Positions 54,411-64,000 of a stretch of DNA of 64,000 nt are shown one piece after another. The stretch comes from Kudoa neothunni (lineage: Eukaryota; Animalia; Cnidaria). Where the stretch lies: the NCBI GenBank assembly GCA_964304625.1, contig OZ199839.1:3009223-3073222 (forward strand), in the 5' to 3' direction. Numbering within the stretch: the first letter of the stretch is position 1; every line of letters starts with the position of its first letter. The position numbers and the translations under genes are program-made. A model generated the notes under the pieces. That model had not been told where the DNA came from. It worked only from the letters and a program-made list of their open reading frames with translations, and ran no database searches.

Positions 54411-55051
54411 TATTTCACGTCTATGGTAAAGAATTTTTCTCCGTGTTTCTTACTGGGTTTACGATTTTGAGTATTGATATAATACTAACTTATTAATTAA
54501 ACTTCGAATAGTTTCGATTAAAAAAGTAAATTTTTAAATAACGTCAACATCACGTGGCCGATTGTTTCATACACATTGTTTGGGGTTAAGTTAATATTAA
54601 ATATTATACAAGTATAAAAATTTAAATTATAGAAGATAATACAATATTATGTAATGAAATATTATGATTGCCACACACAAAATTTAGATTATATTCATTC
54701 ACCACTCATACAGGAATTTTAAAAATTTGAGGGATTATTTCCAAAATTTATAAATTTGGCCGGCTATTTGAGAACAGGTAAAATTTGAATATTAGGAGGA
54801 ATAATCCCGAAAGTGGCTATTGACTTTGAAGGTAATAATTAGGTGAAATTAATTTTATATAGTAGATTCTATAAAATGAAAGTTGTATACAGCTTGCAAA
54901 CAAAAGTTCATAGGGATTTCAAATCCTTCTTGCATATGCGCACAAAATGCTTGGATTAAAATGTTATGTTCCAATAGCCTCTGTTTTAATTTACGGAATA
55001 ATTGAAATTTATCGCATTATTCTGTCTCTTGACTTTTTATAATTACAATGT

Positions 55052-55507
55052 AACCTGGTTATTGCGCGGTTCGATGAGATCAGCGAAATAACGCGCAACT
55101 GAAATATTGATGGTGAGTTGATGATACGGTACCTGCCTATCGGACTGCTAGTCTCGAGGTCGCGGGGTCAAGTCCAGCCTAGGTTGGGACATTACTTCTG
55201 CGTTGTACGTCTCTATTCTGTAATGGAAGCTCTGGTTAGAGTATTTAGTCATTATTACCTTCGATGCACCTGCAGTTATAGTTTAATGAGGTTGTTAAGT
55301 TCGAATTAAACGTTCGAATCGCCGGGGACGTATTAAGCGATCGAAAGTGTTGTAGGTTATAAAAAATGAATCTCATAGAAATTAAAGAGAGATAAGGATT
55401 TGGGACAGTGGTAATTTCCCCAAAACGAGAATGTTTAGTGGATTAAACTCCCAAGCTACCGCAGAAAAATAACGCGAGGGATTACATGCTGCTATTCGTT
55501 GTGGTGC
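55052..55507 (+). mobile_element. Candidate tRNA-derived SINE-like or solo-LTR-like insertion
   Basis: GC-richer island flanked by the 9-bp direct repeat TTACAATGT (55043-55051, 55508-55516). Contains GGACTGCTAGTCT...GAGGTCGCGGGGTCAAGTCC (anticodon-arm and B-box-like). Confidence 0.35.
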
Positions 55508-55747
55508 TTACAATGTTCATGGAGCCAGCCTGAATTTAACAGTCTAATAGACAACTTGACCAGGGGTTTTACCTTATGAAACGAATAAAATTTATTAATT
55601 GTTCTAAGATGTTTTCCGATTATTATCCTTTTCCTTGTCAATTAAATAGTTTCATATCAAACATCGTTATTATTATTATCAGCAATTCATTGAGAGTATT
55701 AGGATGGTTGAAAAAAGTTAAGTTGAGTGTTGCAATCATCATCTAAG

Positions 55748-56383
55748 ATGGAGATGCGAGCAATTTTCCCATTCAAAAGCAACAACGCTGAAGAGCTTTC
55801 ATTTGATAAGGGCGATATATTAGTGGTATCATAGCGTTGAAACATTAGGATGCATCAATTCTGTGGATAGGTGATCGACCCTATGGATGGGGTATGGTAC
55901 TATGCAAAATCGGAGAAAAATCAAGAAGGTTTTGTTCCATCCAATTATATCAATATACCCTACCAGTATATTTATATTTAATTATTATTTTGAATAATCC
56001 TTAAACATTAATAATAGATGGTTTCGTCCAGGCGTTACAAGGAACGATGCAGAAAGAGAGCTTGCTAATGGACAGCCGGGAGAATTTTTAGTTCGAGGTT
56101 CGAGTGTAAGGGGTAATTAAAATATATGCCTCCTTGTATTAACATATTTAATTAAAACCCAGGCGACTATGCTCTTTCAGTAGTCAAGTCGGTTAATATT
56201 TGTAAAATTTGAAATCATTATTTATTTAGTAAAAAATCGAAAGTTATCCATTTTAAAATAAAAAGGAAACAAGATGGTCTCTATTACCTCTGGGAGAATG
56301 GCTATAAATCTGTTAACAAATTGGTTTTGGATCACATTGGAAAAGAGCTATATCCTAGTTGTGAATTCATCCTTAATAATTGA
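55748..56383 (+). CDS. GRB2: GRB2-like adaptor with SH3-SH2 only, 5 exons, ~148 aa
   Basis: Introns 55826-55870, 55966-56017, 56113-56162 and 56188-56229 give MEMRAIFPFKSNNAEELSFDKGDILVV...WYYAK...EGFVPSNYI...WFRPGVTRNDAERELANGQPGEFLVRGSSVRGDYALSV...KVIHFKIKRKQDGLYYLWENGYKSVNKLVLDH...FILNN*. Not present in the ORF track. Confidence 0.82.
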
Positions 56384-56957
56384 TACTCTCAAAATATTTG
56401 AATTTAATACAAATTATTCCCAAGTCTTGCAAAATATATATTCTTTTTTTATTATTTGTCTGTTCCAACTGGTTAACAAATTACACTCTCGAGAGTATTA
56501 TGTTTGGTTATATTGAATGGAAATTGAGCTGTGTGTTTTTATATTGTTATAAAATACATTTTAAGTAAGTTAAAATGGAATAATGTTTTTTGGGGTATAG
56601 TCATGTATTATTGATTTATTTCGCCGAACTGTTCAACAGGGATTGTCACTTCAGTATTTCCCTGAATATATGACAAATCTTATATTCTTTTGTTACTAAG
56701 GGGCGTTAGATCTTATTTTTGAGGAAGGTCTTTATATGTAACATAAAAAAAAATTTCATATGGATTATTAGCAAATATAACGGACATTTAAAAAGACTTA
56801 AAGTGGATAGATATAATAATATTTACATTGAGTAAAAGATATGGAGTATGTAATTTGATGAGTGTTCACTTTTTCTTTCAAAATAAAGATAAAATGGCAA
56901 TCGAATCAAAAACTCTACATGTTTAATTAGTATTTTACTAGATTTTATACAAAAAAC

Positions 56958-57040
56958 TAGGGTTGCACCGATGCCACTTTTTTTTAAAACGAGTACGAAT
57001 ACTCCAAATTTCAGTACTTGTCGATACTGATACCATGTTC
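56958..57040 (+). mobile_element. hAT-type MITE terminal fragment
   Basis: TAGGGTTGCACCGATGCC...CGAGTACGAATAC...CGATACTGATACC: TAGGG terminus with CGATAC/CGAGTA subterminal repeats. Only one end seen. Confidence 0.45.
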
Positions 57041-57264
57041 TGCATATTCCCATATTTTAAATTTCAATTGTTTTAGACGTTTGTTGTATTCTAATGAGAT
57101 TACGCCAACATTTTTAATCATTCAAAAACAGTTTTATTTCTCTAAAATTTGCTGATTTTACTTAATAAGGGAACCTAATAGGTTGTGGTAATGGTAAAGT
57201 ATAATACACCTAAAAAAATCCTCTTTCGCATGTTTTATCGCATTTCTTTTTTCACAATTCTTGA

Positions 57265-58382
57265 TAATAAAGTGAAAGAATACTGTGAGCAACAATTTAG
57301 CTCAAAATAATAACCTCAAAATTTTAATAATCTTTCATTCCGAACGCTGTCGGGGTCGGATACACGTGTAATCTCCATCTTTTTCAGCAAAGATTGAATT
57401 ATTTTGTTTCTTTCTTAGCTATTAATTCAAAAGTTATTTATTATTACTATTTAGATTTTTTACTATTGATATATAACAATTTTATTCAAACTAACTTTAA
57501 AAATAAACTTTTTGCAAATTTTACAAAAATATCTCACGTTTCATTTTAATAAAATACTTTGTAAACTTTTGAATATAAATATTAATGTAGTAAGATTTGT
57601 TTTGGTTTATAATTTTTTTTCTTAAATTTTTTATTAGAAATTAAGAAATTATCCAGTTTTTATTATTAAAATTTAGGAACCTAATTTTTAAAATTGATTA
57701 CATTCATTTTCTTATGTTTAAGTATGTGAGAAACATTTTTAAAAAAATTGTTAACTGTATTTTTATTGTTTTGTAAATTGTTTTATATGCCAAAATTTCC
57801 TAACAAACAATTTGGCCCATATACACGAATTGAGAATATTACATTATGTAAACAAAATATGTTAACTAGGGTTATTGTTTTTATCGGTACACATATAATT
57901 GACTAAAATTAATAATTTTGAAGAAATAACAATTTTTTCGTGTACCGAATGTTATACTAAACACATATGTAAGAATTACTCTAAAAAGTAATAATTTCCT
58001 ATAATCTGCCTTAAGTTATTTCATCATTGAAAATGAATGTTGATTAATTATTGAAAAAACTCATCAGCTCCAAGAAAATTAAGAAAATATATTTTGAGAG
58101 AACGTGGTTGTCTTTTAGCCTTTAAACAATTCATTCTTAAAACATATAAAACCTGTACAATTAAATTTGATATCGTAAAATTTATGTTTATATGGTAAAT
58201 AATATGAAATAGAACCAAATTACGAATGATTATCAGAACGAATTAGAGATCAGTTCAATGTTTGTTGAAAAAAGATGGAGATTACACGTGTATCCGACTG
58301 CGTTCGGATGAAAAATTCTTAAATTTTGAAAGTTATTATTTGGGGCTAAATTTTTGTCCACCATATTCTTTTATTTTATCGG
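57265..58382. repeat. Long inverted repeat (~130-bp arms, ~850-bp very AT-rich spacer); probable long-TIR non-autonomous transposon
   Basis: 57265-57400 is the reverse complement of ~58252-58382, with shared core gtcggatacacgtgtaatctccatcttttt. Confidence 0.8.
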
Positions 58383-58723
58383 CGGGACTAATGAATATTG
58401 CAAACCTAATGTTTTTTGTATTTCTCAATGGTGAAATCTGTAAGATTTATAAAAATGTAAGAATAATTTTAAAGAGCCAATTTAAAGATATCTTGATATA
58501 TTTTAATGTAATTTGACACATTATTCTTCATTATACGCTGGTTTTAAAAAAAGCAATTTTATTGGTATGGGGGAAACCCTACTAAAAACTAGCTCAGGAA
58601 TATTAATAGGTCTTATTTTTAAGGTAGGTCTCATAATCGGGGGAATTTGTTAGTTTGTTATAATCTGCAATATTTAATTATTTGGAGCCTACGGACACAC
58701 TCTTATGCTCTCACTCTCTAAAG

Positions 58724-61700
58724 CAGGGATTCCAACTGGGGGTAAATTGTTGAACATCATAATTGAATATAAAAATTTCATTTATAGTAAAACTAATTCC
58801 TTACGACAATGAAACGAGTTTTAAAAAATTTATTTTTATTCAATCAGCAACGGAAAATGTATTTTTGCACATTCACAGTAAACAGAATTTTAATCATATG
58901 ATCATCACCAACTCAAATCTGTTAAAATTTTGTCATATCGAAGAAACGTACATATCTGGGCCCGTATATACAGTATGGGTTTGATCTAATTGTTGTGAAC
59001 GGGATCGGGAAACCTCAATGTGTTTTGTGTTCAATGATCCCGGGAAACGGTTCTATGAGACCTTCGATTCTAAAGCAGCACCTAGAATCCGTACATCTTA
59101 CTCATGCATCTGATGATCGAGCTAAATTTGAGGTACGTAGGATTAGATTTAGAACCGCAAGGACATCGCCAATACTTGATTTCATGTCAGAGAAAAAAAA
59201 CAATGTTTACAGCGTCCTATTACGTAGCACAACGTATCGTGAAAGCAAAGAAACCTCACGACATTGGTGAGAATCTTATTTAACCTTGTATCCTAGATAT
59301 GGTGAAGCTGGTATGCGGTGAAGAAGCACGGACGAAAATTCAAGCCACTCTGCTCTCTAATAATACAATTCAACGACGAATTTGCGAAATGTCCCAAGAT
59401 ATTTGTGACCAGATTGTTGGAGAAATCAAATTCAGCAGAACGAAAATTTCATTGCAACTAGATGAATCCTATGATGTATCCAATTTTCCACAATTTATTG
59501 TTTTTGCTAGATACATAAGTGGAAATGTTTTAAAAAATGAATTTTTATTCTGCGATAACTTGGAGAAGACCACCAAAGCTGCCGATGCAATAAAAAAAAT
59601 ACAAGATTTTGTTGAAAGGCGCAGTCTTACTTGGGAAATGGTTGGGTCAGTCTGTACTGACGGAGCTCCAGCTATGATGAGAGTAAGATCAGGTTTCACC
59701 GCGCTTGTTAAACAAAAAGCCCCAAATATGATAACAACACATTGTAGTCTTCACAGATATACTTTGGCTTCAATAACTCTTCCTAAAAACCTAAAAATTG
59801 TTATGGACAAAGTCGTCGAGACCGTGAACTCCGTTCAAGCCAGAGCATCGAATCACCGCTTGTTTAAAACATTTTTTGAAGAGGAGGACTCTGAACATAC
59901 CGTGTTTTTGAGCCTCATACTGAATTAGAAATTTTTCTTCGCGAGCGCGATTCAGATATATTTAATCACCTCAATCAAATAAATAATAAACTTCAAGGAA
60001 AAGTAATAACTATTGTGGAAGCATGAGATATTATGACAGGTTTACAATCAAAACTAGATTTATGGACACGGAGGGTTTTACAAAATAACTTAGCAAATTT
60101 TCCAATCTAAGACGAATTCAAAAATAACAAAGTTGTTTCAATTTCTGTAGTTAATGAAGAAATCGCCGAGCAGTTAGAAATGTTGAGGAATCAATTTAAT
60201 GATTACTTTTCCAAAGATATGCTTCCGACCGAGAAATAGATTTTGAGATCCTTTTCTACTTTATCATCAGAAATAGATGATAGTGATCCTGCAAAAGACG
60301 TACTGATTGATATTCAATCTTCTTCTATTTTCAAAAATGAATTTCCACGTCTCACCCATTATGCCTTTTTACCTTGGTGAATCAGGATTTTCAGCACTGG
60401 TAACAATGAAAACAAATGCCAGGAATCGCTTGAGCATTAGGATGATATTAGAATAGCATTTTTTCAACAAGCCCGAGAATAGACAGACTAATTTCTTCAA
60501 TTAATGAACGATATTCTCACTAAAAATAATCTTGGTCTATATGTATTGCTTTGTTCTTTCTTTAAATTTGGTGCTAAGTATTTTTTAGTGTATTTGAATA
60601 TGTTATTAAAAACACTCCCTACTACTTTTACTTTTCAATTATATTGAAATATTCGGTGCGGAAATAATATAAGATTTCTTTTCTCATGGTCTCTTTTCTG
60701 TTTTTATCATGGATATATAAGCTCTTCACTGCATTGCTACACTGAACATATTCTAATTTTTACGATGGCTACACATTAAACTTCACTCATTCCAGGGTTA
60801 TATCTTAGAAAATACAAGTTTTGGGATAAAAGTTGAGTTTAAATAAGAAATCAATTTTCAATTCCTAAAAAGGATACTTAAAAAAATTATGTTGGCATTA
60901 ATATTTGAGATTTTTGTTGGTAGGGAAATAACTTCACCAAAAAATTAGACATAAAAATAAATGAGATTTAATAATTATGAAGTAGTTTCCTATTTCGCAA
61001 CTTGGTCGGTAATAAATTAGCAATAAAGAAACAGTGAATTTGCATTGAAAATCTCAACTTTATATATCTAACAATCTATTTTATTCTTTAAGCCCTCGAA
61101 TATTTTTATTGCTTATTTAATTATTTAAGTAGTTTTAGAACTTATTCTTAAAGACAAAATGAAACATTGTGTGTTTCATTATTTTTCCAGATTATATCCG
61201 ATATATTATTACATAATACTGAGTTTTTTCAACAAAATATTTATTTTGAACATATTTAAGTTTTCAATATCGAGAAAAATCATAGTTTTGATTAATTAAA
61301 ACACCATTTGATATTATGTATTACTAAAGGTAATATATTGGTTTTAACCGCTAATGGCGCCATAAAAACAAAACAGTTTAATGATTTTTTATATCTTTTA
61401 AAATTAAAAACCATATATTTATTGTAATTATTAAGATATATTTATAAAAAATAATTGCTCATTTGTTAGGTGAGTAATAATTTATTCGTGCTTACAAAAG
61501 TATGCAAATATACTTATGCGTATTTATAAGCACAGTATGTTACTACTTACCTAGTTCTGGATTGTGTGACGTCATCTCTATCCATCCTACATTCGCTTGA
61601 GCTACATTAAAGCACTTAGTTCCCATTAGTTATTATTGTGTAATTAGTATTGGTTTTGCTATTTGCGCAACGTCTAATTTTGGCGACGATTCAAGCAAGC

Positions 61701-61806
61701 TTACATCATTAAAAAGATATTTAGTGCTATTTGACGTACTAAAATGGAACAGACCCCCGTTATCGGTTAAAGGGGTAAATGGCGCAAAATCGGTTGGGAA
61801 TCCCTG
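58724..61806 (+). mobile_element. hAT transposon, Buster/ZBED5-ZBED8/FAM200 type, full length but decayed
   Basis: TIRs CAGGGATTCCAAC / GTTGGGAATCCCTG. Degenerate 8-bp TSD ctctaaag / ttcaaaaa. PQCVLC...SMRPSILKQHLESVH, LSNNTIQRRI, SLQLDES.DVSN, CTDGAPAM, THCSLHR. Confidence 0.92.
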
Positions 61807-61979
61807 TTCAAAAATATTAGAAATAATTTAATAAAGCCCCCAATTAGTCCTGCCTCATTATTACGACCCGTAATAATAAGCGCTTCCTAGATTTTGGTGT
61901 ATCAGTTAATTGTAATATGTCTATTTTTATTATTACGAATGATAAAAAATGTCATACATATAAGTCAAAATGAAGGACT

Positions 61980-63028
61980 TCAACCCTCTAAGTATAATTG
62001 GGGTCTTTTGGACCCCAAGCGATATTAGTTATGAATTTTCTACCACATTAATTTATGAGAAGTTTCACTAATTAAAAAACTCTTTCATTACATAGAAAAA
62101 AAGTTTCCAACGATTTTTTTTCATCAAATTATCCAAAATGTTTGGGAAGCTTCGAAAAAATTCTATCGACTAAATATATTTTTATTGCATGAATATCATA
62201 ATAGTAATTACTCCGATACCGAGTCTTCAGATTTATTTTCTTGGTTTCATGATTATTTATCGTTAGAAAAGTTTGATATTGATATAGATATACAAATTAA
62301 CTCATTAATACACAAGAACGGAATGTTATGTACGCCATTATTTTAAAATATAACAATATTTTAGGGTGGTAAAATTTTTGGTGATAAATGGGTCGAATTG
62401 GATTGGTTCATTAACCGTTTATTTCTGATGGGATATCACAGGGATAACTGAGAATTGGTTAAAGAGATATTTGGGCTAGAATAAGGAAAGATATATCATG
62501 ATTTATTCTCATGACATAAATTTATCCAGATAATGTGAGTTTCACATTTTGATGGTATGGGAAATATTGAGGTAACAAAATAATCGGGAAATTTTTGGCA
62601 CGTTGGTGAACTACGACATATTTAGGGGGTTTTCACCCTAATGAACATTTCAAATGTATCTATGTTACCTGTTTTATGCAATAGTTTATGTCTATGCCAG
62701 GATTATGTATGATGTTTTTTGATCACTATAGGTGCAACTCAAATAAAGAATTAATTTTATTAGATTAGCCGAATTTTAAGGTATGTTTATAGAAAATATG
62801 TGATCTCAAGAGTAATACATACGTATACGCTGTGGTTAAAATATTTCTTCATCATTTTCACACAATATTGCATGATGTCATTTATGAAATTACTGAATAT
62901 ATAATCTATAAAATATTTTAAAAACTTCTAAAAATACACATTACTATTTTTTCAAATAAAAACGTGTGGTCTTTTAGATTCCAATTATACTTGGAGGGTG
63001 GAAATTTTCATGTGACTTAGAAGGTTAA
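61980..63028 (+). mobile_element. Non-autonomous piggyBac derivative, copy 2
   Basis: Same ends and body as 19044-20304. tcaa / ttaa flanks. Different internal deletions. Confidence 0.85.
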
Positions 63029-63449
63029 TAGTGAAACTTAAGCACACTTTTAATCTCGAATCTAAAATTTCCTTATCAAACCCTTTAGATACTCTCATCG
63101 AAACTGGTTTAGGAATGAATACTGCAATATAAGTCATAGAGAACAAAAGCATATAATAAAGCTATTAATACTTAATATTAGTAGTTATAATAGAAACAGA
63201 ATCTTTAAAAACAACAATATAGATGAAAATAGTTCAAATAAGTAGAACAGGTTGATAGGCCGAATGAGGGAGTAGTTAAAGTGAACGCATATGAGTAGGA
63301 TAGCCGTGTGAAATCATCAAACCGTAGTAGACGAAATAAGATATAAAAATTAACTAAAGTCAACCAACTATATAAATCAATCCATAAGAAACCTCACAAT
63401 CGTACCAAATTCATTAATATTTTAATATGAGAGTTTTTGAAGTGGACGA

Positions 63450-64000
63450 CTATTGTGACTTTTTAACACTAAGGCGTGCACTGAGATCTGAGGCAACATC
63501 TTTCCATTTGGCCATCTCGGCAATATTTCCACTGGACCTACAAATAAACAATACATCAATAACAACAAACACAAAGAGAAGCCAATTAATTGTGCAGCAA
63601 TTATTTCAAGCAAAAACTCAACAATAACAGTCGAATATTCACCTCAATGAGCCACGGATATCTTTAATTTTTCCAAAGTACACCTCGGCCATAGTTTGTC
63701 TCATTCTATTCTCCATATCTTCGATCATTCGACCGATAAATTCCAAATGAGTGTTTTCGTTTGTGACAGTGGCTGGCATTTGTGATTGGCGAGTCAGGTT
63801 ACCTCCAAGATTTAGCGTACCGTTGTCAGAGTTGTTCTACAAACACACACATGAATAGTATCAACCTCCAAATCAATCCTATTGATACTTGAAGCCAGAG
63901 CATAATGTTTGATGTGAGTTGAATATTACATTTGATAGTGGAACCAGATTTTTTCTCCTAATTATCATGGTTGGCAGTTAACAAATCGGTTATAATTAAA
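63450..64000 (-). CDS. CAPZB: F-actin capping protein beta subunit, last three exons (5' part outside the window)
   Basis: Exons 63957-63889, 63836-63643 and 63537-63450 read ...LTSNIMLWLQ|NNSDNGTLNLGGNLTRQ...HLEFIGRMIEDMENRMRQTMAEVYFGKIKDIRGSLR|SSG...KKSQ*. Not present in the ORF track. Confidence 0.93.

Noticed and set aside
55105-55190. Functional tRNA-Ser(GCT) gene
   Set aside because: No acceptor stem, D-arm or long variable arm can be folded. Kept only as a tRNA-like or SINE candidate.

Overview
AT-rich eukaryotic (animal) genomic DNA with very short GT-AG introns (mostly 42-70 nt) and strongly divergent proteins. I can reconstruct ten host genes by manual splicing: an OATP/SLCO transporter (runs off the left edge), a DRAM/TMEM150-family membrane protein, CHCHD4/MIA40, a C-factor/sniffer-type SDR carrying five single-base indels, an ARF GTPase, TCERG1, a DAXX homologue lacking its N-terminal helical bundle, a DOCK-D (DOCK9/10/11, zizimin) GEF, a GRB2-like adaptor with only SH3-SH2, and the 3' part of CAPZB (runs off the right edge). 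Several of these are invisible or fragmentary in the ORF track. Intergenic space is filled with decayed transposons: a Mutator/MULE with SWIM and PHD fingers, two Merlin fragments, Tigger/pogo, piggyBac derivatives, several hAT families and a Ty3/gypsy pol, with at least two nested insertions. The gene set, divergence and intron size suggest a reduced parasitic metazoan such as a myxozoan; this is inference, not identification. I found no clearly new multi-gene system. The most notable items are the domain-truncated GRB2 and DAXX, the indel-riddled SDR, microexons and nested MITEs.
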